NCBI GenBank assembly: GCA_037443365.1
Contig: JBBIOM010000001.1
Span: 65,693-129,692 of the forward strand
Direction of reading: 5' to 3'
Length of the DNA stretch: 64,000 nt
From: Armatimonadota bacterium
Lineage (GTDB): Bacteria > Sysuimicrobiota > Sysuimicrobiia > Sysuimicrobiales > Humicultoraceae
Shown: piece after piece, positions 43,570 to 53,154 of the stretch
Layout: each line of letters opens with the position of its first letter
How positions within the stretch are numbered: position 1 is the first letter of the stretch
The notes under the pieces: generated by a model
The model's input: the letters and a program-made list of their open reading frames with translations, nothing else
The model's database searches: none
What the model was told of the DNA's origin: nothing
Program-made: the position numbers and the translations under genes

Positions 43570-45426
43570 ATGAGAACACTCCTGGTACTCCTTGCTGTCC
43601 TGGCGGCCGTAGGCGGACCCGCGGCCGAGGCCTGGGGCAAGTCCTACGACCACCCTGCGATTGATGTCTTATTCCGCCTTCTCCCCGACGGGGATGCGGA
43701 GGTCGAGGAGATACGCGCGTTCCGGTTCCAGGGATCGTTCTCGTGGGCGGAGATCCGGCGCAGGACGGCCGGGCAGTACGGGACCTACGGCATCAGGTAC
43801 GCCGGGGTCTGGGACGCCGACAGCGGCGAGGCGATGATGTTCAAGCAGTCCTCCGACGGGGCCGAGGAGGTCCTGCGGTGGAGCTACAGCGCCGCGGACA
43901 CCACGAAGCGCTTTCGGATTCGGTACCGCATCTCGGGCGCGGTGCAGCGCTACGCCGACGTGGCGCAGTTCTACTGGCAGGCGATCGAGGGGGACCACGC
44001 GCCCATCGGACGGGTCAGGATCACCTTGCGGGCGCCGGAGGCCAGCCCCAACCTGTTCAAGGTCTTCGTGCACGGCAAGGCCCGTCCGGGTGAACTCCGA
44101 ATCGCCCAGGACCACAAGAGTGCTGAGATCACGCAGTCAGACATCCCCGAGACCTCTTTCGTCGAGGTGCGGGTCCTGCTGGATCCCGCGCTCTTCCCGC
44201 GCGCGGCGCTGCGTGAGGGCCAAAGCCACGAGAGCCTGCTCGCGGACGAGCGCCGCCAGTCCGAGGGAGACCGGCGGCAGATGCTGTGGATCCTGGCGGC
44301 CGTGGCCGCGGCGCTGGTTGTTACGGGAGGCCTCATCGGCGCATACGCGTGGACATACGCGCGCTACGGCCGAGAGCCGCAGGTGGCCTACGAGGGGATC
44401 TACGAGCGCGAGCCTCCGCGGGCGATCCCGCCCGCGGTCGTGCCCGCGATCCTCACGCAGTCGGGTGTCAGGAACACCGACATGCCACAGGGCTTCGCAG
44501 CCACCCTGCTCGAGGCCGCACGCCTCGGATACCTCGAGATCGAGCACCGGCAGGGGCGCGGGCTGCTGGGCACGGGCCTGCTGCGCGACGACGACCTGAT
44601 CTACCGGCTCACCGACAAGGGACGCGACCTCCTGTCCGGGCAAGCGCCGCAGGGTCCGGCCCGGGGTCGGGCCCTCGAGGAGTTCGAGGTGAAGGTCCTG
44701 GAGGCAGCCTTCCGCGACGCCGGCAAGGACGACGAGGTGACCAGCGACGAGATCGAGGCATGGGGCAAGCGCATCACCGGGAGCAAGAGCAACTTCCTGC
44801 GCTTCATCGAGGGATGGGGGCCTGACCTGCGCAAGTGGTTCGAGCACAAGTACTTCCGCCTGGACGACGCGGCCAGCGAGCGGGCCAAGGTGCGGTTCAT
44901 CGTGGGCACGGTCATCGCAATGATCGCGGCCTCCGTCTTGACGATGGGCGCCGCCGCGTTCGCGGCCGTTCCCGTGGGCGTGGTGCTCGTCCTCATGGCT
45001 GTCAAGGCGCTCTCGCGCCGCACCCCGGAGGCCGCCCTCGAGGTCAAGCGCTGGGAAGCCTTCCGACGCTTCATGGCCGACTTCTCGGCCATGAAGGAAG
45101 CCGGGCCGGGCCTGCTCGCGCTGTGGGAGACCTACCTCGTGTACGCCACGGCACTGGGCGTGGCCGAGGAGCTGCTCAAGAACCTGAAGCTCGTGGCCGC
45201 GGAGTTCGGCACGAGCGCGTTCCATCCGATCTGGATGCGCGCCGCCTCGGCTGATGGTCGCAGCGGGCAGGCGCTCGCCGGGTTGGGGTCGCTGGAGACG
45301 CTGGCCAAGTCGCTTCAGAACTTCCAGAACCTGTCGCGCGCGCTGTCCAGTTCGTCGGGCAGCGGCGGGGGTTTCAGCGGAGGCGGCGGGGGCGGAGGCG
45401 GCGGAGGCAGCAGCCGGGCCGGGTAG
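43570..45426 (+). CDS. DUF2207 family membrane protein
   Basis: Signal peptide, extracellular domain (VQRYADVAQFYWQ), TM segments, WEAFRRF, WETYLVYATALGVA and a Gly/Ser-rich tail. Start ATG 43570. Confidence 0.88.
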   Translation: MRTLLVLLAVLAAVGGPAAEAWGKSYDHPAIDVLFRLLPDGDAEVEEIRAFRFQGSFSWAEIRRRTAGQYGTYGIRYAGVWDADSGEAMMFKQSSDGAEEVLRWSYSAADTTKRFRIRYRISGAVQRYADVAQFYWQAIEGDHAPIGRVRITLRAPEASPNLFKVFVHGKARPGELRIAQDHKSAEITQSDIPETSFVEVRVLLDPALFPRAALREGQSHESLLADERRQSEGDRRQMLWILAAVAAALVVTGGLIGAYAWTYARYGREPQVAYEGIYEREPPRAIPPAVVPAILTQSGVRNTDMPQGFAATLLEAARLGYLEIEHRQGRGLLGTGLLRDDDLIYRLTDKGRDLLSGQAPQGPARGRALEEFEVKVLEAAFRDAGKDDEVTSDEIEAWGKRITGSKSNFLRFIEGWGPDLRKWFEHKYFRLDDAASERAKVRFIVGTVIAMIAASVLTMGAAAFAAVPVGVVLVLMAVKALSRRTPEAALEVKRWEAFRRFMADFSAMKEAGPGLLALWETYLVYATALGVAEELLKNLKLVAAEFGTSAFHPIWMRAASADGRSGQALAGLGSLETLAKSLQNFQNLSRALSSSSGSGGGFSGGGGGGGGGGSSRAG

Positions 45427-45470
45427 GTCCGGCTGCCCAGGACGCCTGGGGATCGCACTGTCGGGGACGA

Positions 45471-46319
45471 CTACCTGCCTGCCTTGGCCCAGCGCTCGAG
45501 CGCCCGGACGCCCGCTGACCCGACCAGCGTCATCATCAGGTAGAGCAGCGCCACCATGTTATAGGTCTCGAAGGCGCGGAAGGTCCGGGCCGAGAGCAGT
45601 CGGCCTGCCTGCGTCAACTCCGGTACGGCTATCGCCGAGGCCAGGGCCGAGTCCTTCAGCAGCGCGATGAGGTCGTTGCCCAGCGGCGGCAGGACGACGC
45701 GCAGCGCCTGGGGCAGGATCACAAAGCGCATCGCCTGCCCGTAGGAGAGACCCAACGAGCGGGCGGCCTCGGTCTGCCCCTTGGGAATGGACTCGATCCC
45801 GGCGCGGTAGATCTCGGCCAGGTACGCCCCGTATCCGATCGCCAGACCCAGTATCGCCCTGTTGAGGTCGCTCCGGATGAGCCGGGTAATGATCTCGGCC
45901 GCGCCGTGGAAGCCCAACGCCCGGGCGGCTCCGGAGAGCGCGGCCGAGACAAGGGGCGCGGCCACGAACGCGATGTAGATCAGCAGAACGAGCAGGGGAA
46001 CCCCGCGCACAACCTCCACGTACAGGGTCGCCGCGGTGTTGATGACAGGCCGCCGGGACAGCCGCATCAGCCCTGCCACCAGCCCGATCACCAGGGCCAG
46101 CGCGTAGGCCGCGAACGTCAGGCGCAGGGTGAGAAGCACCCCGTCCCACAGGAAGGCCAGGGTCTCCTGATAGACGCGGGAGCCGGCTACCACAAAGGCG
46201 ATGCCGGCTCCCGCCGTCAGCAGCACGAGCACCCACCAGGGAAACCGCTCGAGGGCGGACGGGGCAAGCCTGCTGTGGCCGCCGAGGCCGCCTGCGGACG
46301 GTGGGTGACCGGTGGTCAC
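45471..46319 (-). CDS. Polar amino acid ABC transporter permease
   Basis: YVEVVRGVPLLV, AYLAEIYRAGIESIPKGQTEAARSLGL, PQALRVVLPPLGN, LKDS. Confidence 0.95.
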   Translation of the reverse strand: MTTGHPPSAGGLGGHSRLAPSALERFPWWVLVLLTAGAGIAFVVAGSRVYQETLAFLWDGVLLTLRLTFAAYALALVIGLVAGLMRLSRRPVINTAATLYVEVVRGVPLLVLLIYIAFVAAPLVSAALSGAARALGFHGAAEIITRLIRSDLNRAILGLAIGYGAYLAEIYRAGIESIPKGQTEAARSLGLSYGQAMRFVILPQALRVVLPPLGNDLIALLKDSALASAIAVPELTQAGRLLSARTFRAFETYNMVALLYLMMTLVGSAGVRALERWAKAGR

Positions 46320-46326
46320 GCGCTCC

Positions 46327-47169
46327 CTACTGAGTCGGCGCGCGCTCCACGAACCACTTCTTGTAGAGGGCGTCGAGCGTGCCGTCGTTCCTCATCTGCG
46401 CCAGGGCCGCATCGAACGCCTGCTTGAGTGCCGCATCGCCCTTCTTGATCGCGATCCCCAGGGCCTCGCTCGTGAACGGCTCGCCCACCTTCTTGAGCTT
46501 GCCAGGGTTCACGTTGATGAACCCGTCGGCGGCATAGCTGTCAATGATGACGGCGTCCACGTCCTTGTTGATGAGCGCCTTCACCGCCAGCGCGAAACTA
46601 TCGTAGCGGCGCACGTCACCGACCTTCCCCTCCTTCTGCAGGGCGCTGGCCTTCTCATCGTTGGTGGTCCCGGTCTGCACCGCGACCCTCTTGCCGGTCA
46701 GGGTGTCAACCCCGGTGACGGCCGCCTCGTCCTCGCGCACGAGGACGACCTGACCGTAGCGCAGGTAGGGCTCGCTGAAGTCAAGGGTCTTGCTCCGCTC
46801 CTCAGTGATCGTCACGCCCGAGGCCACGGCGTCGAACTGCCCCTGATCCAGGGCCACGAATATGCCGTCCCAGGCGGTCGTCGTGAATACCGCCTTGCAG
46901 TTTGCGCGCTTGCAGATCTCGGCCAGAAGATCGGGGTCGAAACCGATGATCTGCTTGTTCTCGTCCACGTACTCGAACGGCGGATAGGTCGTGTCGCTGC
47001 CGACCTTGATCTCCCGACCGCCCAGGTCAGCCACCGCGGCGGGCGCCGCGGCCGGCTCCGGAACGGCGGGTGGCACGGTGGCCCGGCGGGGGCCGCGATA
47101 CATGTAGAACAGCGCCGCGACCACGACGACGACAAGCACAACTATGTAGGTCACTGTGCGTCCTCTCAT
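46327..47169 (-). CDS. Polar/basic amino acid ABC transporter substrate-binding protein
   Basis: N-terminal TM anchor; DTTYPPFEY, GFDPDL, WDGIF, TITEER..DFSEPY, VQTGTT. Confidence 0.93.
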   Translation of the reverse strand: MRGRTVTYIVVLVVVVVAALFYMYRGPRRATVPPAVPEPAAAPAAVADLGGREIKVGSDTTYPPFEYVDENKQIIGFDPDLLAEICKRANCKAVFTTTAWDGIFVALDQGQFDAVASGVTITEERSKTLDFSEPYLRYGQVVLVREDEAAVTGVDTLTGKRVAVQTGTTNDEKASALQKEGKVGDVRRYDSFALAVKALINKDVDAVIIDSYAADGFINVNPGKLKKVGEPFTSEALGIAIKKGDAALKQAFDAALAQMRNDGTLDALYKKWFVERAPTQ

Positions 47170-47323
47170 GTGTCTGCCTCCTGGTGGATCACTGGTGGAC
47201 GTGCACGGATGACATGCCTATCCGTTCGCGGCCGACTCCGGGCCTCCTGCCCGCGGACGTCGCTGCACCTTGACGCGGCGCGAGGGGTGAGGAATCCGCC
47301 CACGCCGCGGCGAATCACGCGGC

Positions 47324-47794
47324 ATGACCTGGTGGGCTTGGGGCAAGACGGTGCTACTGGTCACTTGCGTCGCTGCCGCCTCAGCGGCGGGCGCACCAGC
47401 GGTACCGCTGGAAGTCCCCTCGCCGCGGCCCGATCTCGACAGGGCCCTGGCCGGCGACTACCGGCGCGCCCTGGAAGGCCAGGGGTTCCAGGTGGTCTCC
47501 GTGGTCATCACCGACCGCCGGGCCGCGGGCGGGGCGCGCGGCGCGCAGGTCGCCTACCGCACGCGCACGGATGGAACGCCCTCTGCGCTGAGGCCCGAGG
47601 TCGTGCGCGTCATTGCGCCGGCGGCCAACCCCCGCCTGGCGCTCGATGTCATCACCGTCCGGGTGATGCGGCGTGACGGCTCCCTGGCGGCGACAATCAC
47701 GGTCTCCGTGACCGTCCTCGACCGCTGGCTCAAGGCGCAGATGAGCGACGACGAGTTCTTCGGACGGTGGTCCGTGCGCCGGGGCTCACCCTAG
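47324..47794 (+). CDS. Hypothetical exported protein
   Basis: Signal-peptide-like N-terminus and GC3-rich codon usage; fills the gap between divergent and convergent genes. Confidence 0.7.
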   Translation: MTWWAWGKTVLLVTCVAAASAAGAPAVPLEVPSPRPDLDRALAGDYRRALEGQGFQVVSVVITDRRAAGGARGAQVAYRTRTDGTPSALRPEVVRVIAPAANPRLALDVITVRVMRRDGSLAATITVSVTVLDRWLKAQMSDDEFFGRWSVRRGSP

Positions 47795-49144
47795 GGCGTC
47801 GCGCTCGAGGGTAGCGACGGCCTCGACGTGGTGCGTCTGGGGGAACAGGTCGAACGGCTGTACGTCCACCAGCCTGTACCCGAACGGCGCGAGCTCCTTC
47901 AGGTCGGGCGCGAGCGTGGTAGGGTTGCACGACACGTAGATGACCCTGCGTGCGCCGCTTCGACCTATCTTGCGCATGACCTTGCCGCCGGCGCCGGCGC
48001 GGGGTGGGTCCAGCACCAGCACGTCCGGCGCGCCATGCGACGCGACCACCGCGGGGAGCACCAGCCGCGCATCGCCGGCTGCGAACTCTGCCCCGTGCAG
48101 GTCGTTGAGGGCTGCGTTCGCAGCCGCGGCATCCGCCGAGGCGCGCACCAATTCGACGCCGACAACGCGCGCGCCCGCACGTGCCAGCGGCAGCGCGAAG
48201 GTGCCAACCCCGCAGTAGAGGTCCACCACGCGGGCGCCGGCAAGCGGCCCGGCGCGTTCGATCACGTGCTCTATCATCTTGGCGGCCTGCGCGGTGTTCG
48301 TCTGGAAGAAGGTATCGAGCCCGATCCGAAAGCGCAGGCCTGCCAGTTGCTCCTCAAGGAAACCGCTACCGTGGAGGGTCTCGACCGACGAGGGTGGGGC
48401 GCCGTCGGAGGCCGCCGTCACCACTCCCCGCACGACGCCGGTGATCCCGGGCACCGTCTGAACTACTTCCTCGACGAACGCACGCGACGCCGGAAACGGT
48501 CCCACTGACGTCAACAGTCCGACCAGGCGGTCGCCGGTCCCTTTGGCCTCGCGGATCACGAGCGAGCGCAGGAACCCAGCGTGGGTCCTCGGATCGTAGG
48601 GAGCCAGGCCGCTTCGTCGAACGAACTCCCGCACCGCGGCTACGAGCGCGACCGACTCGCTCGACTGCAGGAAGCAGGCCTCGACTGGCACGATCCGGTT
48701 CCACTCCCCACGGCGGTGGAGCCCCAGCACACCGTCGGGATGAAACGAGAACTCCATCTTGTTGCGGTAGTACCAGGGGGCCGGCGCCGGCACGATCGGG
48801 CGCACGGCGGCCTCGACGATGCCGCCCAGGTGAGCCAGGCTCTCCCGAACGATCGCCTCCTTGGCGCGGGCCTGCGCCGCGTAGGCGATGTGCTGCCAGA
48901 TGCAGCCCCCGCAGGGGCCGAAGTGAGGACAGCGTGGCTGGATGCGGTCGTTCGATGCGACCTCGACCGCGACGACCTCGGCCTCAACGTAGGACCTCCT
49001 TGCGCGCAGGACGCGCGCCCGCACCACATCGCCCGGCACGGCGCCGGCCACGAACACGACCAGCCCGCCCAGGCGGCCAACCCCTCTCCCCCCGTAGGCG
49101 AGACGGTCCACCACCACCCTGATCTCATCGCCGCGCTTCAGCAT
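47786..49144 (-). CDS. rlmD: 23S rRNA m5U1939 methyltransferase
   Basis: TRAM domain, CPHFGPCGGC, YRNKMEF, FFQTN, DLYCGVG, LDPPRAG, YVSCNP, FPQTHHVE. Start ATG 49144 after GGAGG. Confidence 0.95.
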   Translation of the reverse strand: MLKRGDEIRVVVDRLAYGGRGVGRLGGLVVFVAGAVPGDVVRARVLRARRSYVEAEVVAVEVASNDRIQPRCPHFGPCGGCIWQHIAYAAQARAKEAIVRESLAHLGGIVEAAVRPIVPAPAPWYYRNKMEFSFHPDGVLGLHRRGEWNRIVPVEACFLQSSESVALVAAVREFVRRSGLAPYDPRTHAGFLRSLVIREAKGTGDRLVGLLTSVGPFPASRAFVEEVVQTVPGITGVVRGVVTAASDGAPPSSVETLHGSGFLEEQLAGLRFRIGLDTFFQTNTAQAAKMIEHVIERAGPLAGARVVDLYCGVGTFALPLARAGARVVGVELVRASADAAAANAALNDLHGAEFAAGDARLVLPAVVASHGAPDVLVLDPPRAGAGGKVMRKIGRSGARRVIYVSCNPTTLAPDLKELAPFGYRLVDVQPFDLFPQTHHVEAVATLERDALG

Positions 49145-49244
49145 TCCGACCTCCGGGCGCAATCGTACCACTCGCGGAGGGGCGTGCCCATCCGGGTTGC
49201 GCCCCCAGCAGGCACGGCCACCGCTGCCCGCGAACTAGCCGGGC

Positions 49245-49778
49245 ATGGACCTCTATCGCTGCGTTGTCAGCAAGCGCGACCTGCGGACGTTCACCGATCA
49301 GCCCATTGATCCGGACGCCCTGCGACGGATACTGGAGGCCGGCCGGCGGTCCGGCAGCGCGCGCAACCGGCAGCCATGGCAGTTCGTCGCCGTCACCGAG
49401 CGCGACCTGCTGCGGCGCCTTGCCGCGTGCGGCCGCTTCGCCGCGCACCTGGCGTCGTCCGCCGCCGCGGTAGTGGTTCTGGTTGAGGACCGCGGCCAGA
49501 TGTTCGACGCCGGGCGATGCGCGCAGTCTATGATGCTGGCGGCATGGAGCATGGGGGTGGCCTCGTGCCCTGTAACGCTGCACCACGAGGCAAAGACCCG
49601 CGCGGCGCTGGGCATACCCGAAGGCCCTGTGGTGGCCACGGCGATCGCCCTGGGCTACCCCGACCCGAGAGGGCGCGGGCGCCTGGAGCGGATCTCGCTG
49701 CGCGTCCTCGTCGGAAGGGGCCGCAAACCGCTGGCGGAACTGGTGCACTGGAACCAATATGGCCGGCGTCTGCTATAA
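49245..49778 (+). CDS. Nitroreductase family protein
   Basis: KRDLRTF, SARNRQPWQF, DAGRCAQSMMLAAWSMGVASC, LGYP. Confidence 0.92.
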   Translation: MDLYRCVVSKRDLRTFTDQPIDPDALRRILEAGRRSGSARNRQPWQFVAVTERDLLRRLAACGRFAAHLASSAAAVVVLVEDRGQMFDAGRCAQSMMLAAWSMGVASCPVTLHHEAKTRAALGIPEGPVVATAIALGYPDPRGRGRLERISLRVLVGRGRKPLAELVHWNQYGRRLL

Positions 49779-49788
49779 TACTGCCGCA

Positions 49789-50589
49789 ATGGGACGCCGC
49801 TCATGCCGGTTGGCCTTCACAGCGCTCGTCGTCCTGGTGCTGACCATTCCGTCCCTGGCCCAGGGACTCTCGATAGACACGCTCATCGCGCGCATCCTCA
49901 CCGATCCCTACCCGCAGCCCTACACCATGACCGCGGACTTCTCGGCGCGCATGATCTTCAACATGACCACGGGGCGAATTGACGTCTTTGCCGCGGGCAC
50001 CATTCTCGAGTCGCGCGCGGCGGCCGGCGAGCCCCGCCGACGCAAGGCCACGCTCACCCGGCTCGACATCCCGCTGCTGCTGCGGCCGTTCGCGAGCTCG
50101 ATCAGGCGAACGGTCACCGATCTGGTCGAGGCCGAGCCCAGGCCTGCTGAGTTCTTGCCGACCATGGACGTGTTCATCGTCGAGGAGCGCCCCGGAGGCC
50201 GCGCCCTGGTAGGCGGCGTCCGGCAGGACATCGTAACCGACACCATGGTTCGGTACAACCAGGCTGCCAACCTGAAGGACCCCGCTTCGAGGCGGGCGAT
50301 CGCCCGATGGCTGTGGTCCCCGCCCAAGCGCCCCTCGATCGTGCGCGGGGGGCCCGGCCCGTACATGATCTCGGCCATGGCTGATGAAGCAGGTCTCCTG
50401 CACCAGCTCTCGCTGTTCTACGACTGGGGCGAGCTTTCGAACAGGTTCGCCTTCGCGAGCGTGTCAGGCCGGCCCTTCTGGCGCGAGATCGTCACCGACA
50501 CCTCGTCGGAGTTCGTGGGGCTCGGGCGCGTGGACGCTACGATCGCGCTGCAGATAACGAACCACTGCCTGAACTGCCCGGCGCGATAA
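49789..50589 (+). CDS. Hypothetical exported protein with C-terminal CxxC
   Basis: Signal peptide ending SLA-Q; C-terminus NHCLNCPAR. TGcTATAAT lies 9 nt before the ATG. Confidence 0.75.
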   Translation: MGRRSCRLAFTALVVLVLTIPSLAQGLSIDTLIARILTDPYPQPYTMTADFSARMIFNMTTGRIDVFAAGTILESRAAAGEPRRRKATLTRLDIPLLLRPFASSIRRTVTDLVEAEPRPAEFLPTMDVFIVEERPGGRALVGGVRQDIVTDTMVRYNQAANLKDPASRRAIARWLWSPPKRPSIVRGGPGPYMISAMADEAGLLHQLSLFYDWGELSNRFAFASVSGRPFWREIVTDTSSEFVGLGRVDATIALQITNHCLNCPAR

Positions 50590-50596
50590 TACCGCC

Positions 50597-50926
50597 GTGC
50601 GTATCGAGTTCCTGTACTGGGAGGACTGCCCCTCGCACACCGAAGCCCTGGAGCGGCTGCGGCAGGTGATGCTCGAAGAAGGCCTCCCCGACCGGGTGGA
50701 ACTGGTGCGCATCGCCTCGCAGGATGACGCGGTCCGCCACGGCTTTCCAGGATCACCCACTGTCCGCATCAACGGCGAGGACCTTCAACCCGAGGGTGCA
50801 CGGGGAGGCGCGGTGCTGACCTGCCGCACCTATCGCACGGAGGACGACCGGCTCTCGCCGCTGCCCACGGCAACCATGCTCCGGAGGGCTCTTCGGGCGG
50901 CCCGCCGGGAGACCCAAGGAGGATGA
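50597..50926 (+). CDS. Small thioredoxin-fold protein (DUF2703-like)
   Basis: IEFLYWEDCPSH, FPGSPTVRINGED, CRTY. Confidence 0.75.
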   Translation: MRIEFLYWEDCPSHTEALERLRQVMLEEGLPDRVELVRIASQDDAVRHGFPGSPTVRINGEDLQPEGARGGAVLTCRTYRTEDDRLSPLPTATMLRRALRAARRETQGG

Positions 50927-51462
50927 TCATGCCCCTGGCCATTGGCGAGGAGATCGTGCACTTCACGCTGCCGGCAACCGACGGCTCGAGCGTCTCACCC
51001 GACCAGTTCGCCGACCGACCGGTGCTGGGCGTTGTGTTCTGGTGCAACCACTGCCCCTACGTCAAGGCGTGGGAGGACAGGCTGATCGCGATCCAGCGCG
51101 AGTACGCCGGAAGAGGCGCGTCGCTGGTCCTGATCAATAGCAACGATCCGGTGGCGTACCCTGACGACTCATTCGAGGCCATGAAGATTCGCTCGCAGGA
51201 GAAGGCCTACCCCTTCCCCTACCTGTTCGACGAGTCGCAGCAGGCCGCCCGGGGCTACGGCGCGACGCGCACGCCCGAGATCTTCCTGTTCGATCGTGCG
51301 CGCGTCCTGCGCTACCACGGAGCGCCCGACGACAACTTCGAGCGCGCCGAGGCGGTGACCGAGCACTACCTGAGGGACGCCCTCGACGCGCTGCTGGCCG
51401 GCCGCGCTCCGTCGAAGGCGACCACGCCTCCCAAGGGTTGCACGATCAAGTGGCGCCCGTAG
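50923..51462 (+). CDS. Thioredoxin/AhpC-TSA (peroxiredoxin-like) protein
   Basis: FWCNHCPYV, INSND, YPFPYLFDESQ, GATRTPE, GCTIKW. Confidence 0.92.
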   Translation: MIMPLAIGEEIVHFTLPATDGSSVSPDQFADRPVLGVVFWCNHCPYVKAWEDRLIAIQREYAGRGASLVLINSNDPVAYPDDSFEAMKIRSQEKAYPFPYLFDESQQAARGYGATRTPEIFLFDRARVLRYHGAPDDNFERAEAVTEHYLRDALDALLAGRAPSKATTPPKGCTIKWRP

Positions 51463-51484
51463 GAAGGCCTGGCCCTCTGCCGGG

Positions 51485-52480
51485 CTAGGGCCGCAGCACC
51501 GCCGCGGCGCGCAGTTCGCGTCGCTTCAGGCGCGCCAGCACCTCGTTGGCCGCCTCCAGCGGATGCGCCTCCGCCTCCACGCGCAAGGGGACCTGTGCGG
51601 CCAAGCGCATGAAGCCCACCGCGTCGGCGCGCGTCAGGTGGCTGACGGTGCGCAAGACGCGCTCACCGTACAGCGCCGCGTAGGGCATCTCTGGTATGCG
51701 GTCCAGCGTCACGGCATTGATGGCGACCACGCCGCCTGGCCGCACGCCGCGCAAGGCCTCGACCACGACGTCGCCCGCAGGCGCGAACACCACGGCGCGA
51801 TCGAAGGGTCGCTCGGGCGCCGTCCCAGGATGGCCCACCCAGGCGGCGCCGAGAGCAGCGGCCAGGCCGCGGTGCTCCTCGCCGCGGGTGACCACGCCGA
51901 CCTCGCATCCCCAGTGGTGCGCGACCTGGATCGCCAGATGGGCGGACGCGCCGAAGCCGTAGAGCCCCAGGCGCTCGCCCGGGCGCAGTCCGGCGACGCG
52001 CAGCGAGCGGAAGCCGATCACGCCCGCGCAGAGCAGAGGCGCCGCGCGCACATCGTCGAAGCGATCGGGTACCGGCACGACGAAGCCGGCATCGGCGACC
52101 GCATGGACGGCGAAGCCGCCGTCCACGTCGTAGCCGGTGAACGAGGCGTGCGGGCAGAGGTTCTCCTCCCCCCTGGCGCAGGAGGCACAGGATCCGCAGG
52201 CGCGGGCCAGCCAGGTCACGCCCACTCGCCTCCCCTCCAGATCAGGAGGCGCGCCCGGGCCGAGCCGGTCGATCTCCCCCACGATCTGGTGCCCTGGGAT
52301 CACGTGCGGCCGGCGGGGCGGCAGGTCGCCCTCTACGATGTGCAGATCGGTGTGACAGACCCCGCACGCTCTCACGCGGATGCGCACCTGGCCGCTGCCC
52401 GGGAGCGGCGCCTCGCACTCCCCGAGCACGAGCGGCGCGGCCTCGATCGGTGCGGGCGCGAGCAGCCGGGCGGCCAGCAC
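51485..52480 (-). CDS. Zinc-dependent alcohol dehydrogenase family protein
   Basis: CGVCHTDLH, PGHQIVG, CGSCASC...ENLC, APLLCAG, GLYGFGASA. Start reassigned to GTG 52480. Confidence 0.92.
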   Translation of the reverse strand: MLAARLLAPAPIEAAPLVLGECEAPLPGSGQVRIRVRACGVCHTDLHIVEGDLPPRRPHVIPGHQIVGEIDRLGPGAPPDLEGRRVGVTWLARACGSCASCARGEENLCPHASFTGYDVDGGFAVHAVADAGFVVPVPDRFDDVRAAPLLCAGVIGFRSLRVAGLRPGERLGLYGFGASAHLAIQVAHHWGCEVGVVTRGEEHRGLAAALGAAWVGHPGTAPERPFDRAVVFAPAGDVVVEALRGVRPGGVVAINAVTLDRIPEMPYAALYGERVLRTVSHLTRADAVGFMRLAAQVPLRVEAEAHPLEAANEVLARLKRRELRAAAVLRP

Positions 52481-52488
52481 TGTGGCGC

Positions 52489-53154
52489 CTACCGCAGCCC
52501 GCTCTGCGCAATCGCGCCGCCGGCGAACCGCTCGATCCGGGAGGCGGCGACGGCGGCGTGTCCCTCGAGCCGTGCAGGCGCGTAGCTGGCCGGCGCGTAG
52601 ATGATCATCAGGCAGCGCCTGGTCTCCGGCGTGATCATCGTCCGGCGCGAATCGCTCGTCGGGCTGCCGCACGGGCCATCATCGTCGGCGACGGTGAGGC
52701 GGCCATCTACGCTGTAGGTCCCCTTGCCGATGGCCTCGTATCCCTCACCCGGCAGTCCGCGGCGCACAACAAGCGCCCCCCGGACGCGGTCGAGATCGTG
52801 CAGCCCGATCGGCAGCAGGAAGTCGAGCGAGCAGAGGTTGTTGATGTCAACGAGCGTGCCTATCCTGGGCAGCCCGTCGCCCCGCAGGACACGCCGCAGC
52901 AGCGCCTCGGAGGACGGCCGCAGCTTGGTGGGGTCCACGCCGATCCGATGGTACAGCTCCCTGGCAGGACGCAGCCCCTCGATCTGCGCTGGCTCGCACC
53001 CTGCGTACGCGCTCCGGAGCCGCGCGCTGGTCGCCTCGATCTCGTCCCAGAGCGCCTGGCTGTGCTCCGCCGCGGTCACGCCTTCGGCTTCCACGATGGC
53101 GATGCGCACGCTGGCGGCGAGCGTCGGATCCACCCGCACCTCGATCACAGCCAT
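52489..53154 (-). CDS. Stand-alone B3/B4 (PheRS-beta editing-like) domain protein
   Basis: GVDPTKLRPSSEALLRRV, LVDINNLCSL, PIGLHDLD, GSPTSDS. ATG 53154 after AGGAGGG. Confidence 0.88.
   Translation of the reverse strand: MAVIEVRVDPTLAASVRIAIVEAEGVTAAEHSQALWDEIEATSARLRSAYAGCEPAQIEGLRPARELYHRIGVDPTKLRPSSEALLRRVLRGDGLPRIGTLVDINNLCSLDFLLPIGLHDLDRVRGALVVRRGLPGEGYEAIGKGTYSVDGRLTVADDDGPCGSPTSDSRRTMITPETRRCLMIIYAPASYAPARLEGHAAVAASRIERFAGGAIAQSGLR

Noticed and set aside
45350-45426. GGC-rich short repeats
   Set aside because: They encode the normal Gly/Ser tail of DUF2207 proteins; not a DNA repeat element.
50597-51462. Selenocysteine recoding in the thioredoxin-fold genes
   Set aside because: The redox motifs use Cys codons and there is no in-frame TGA.
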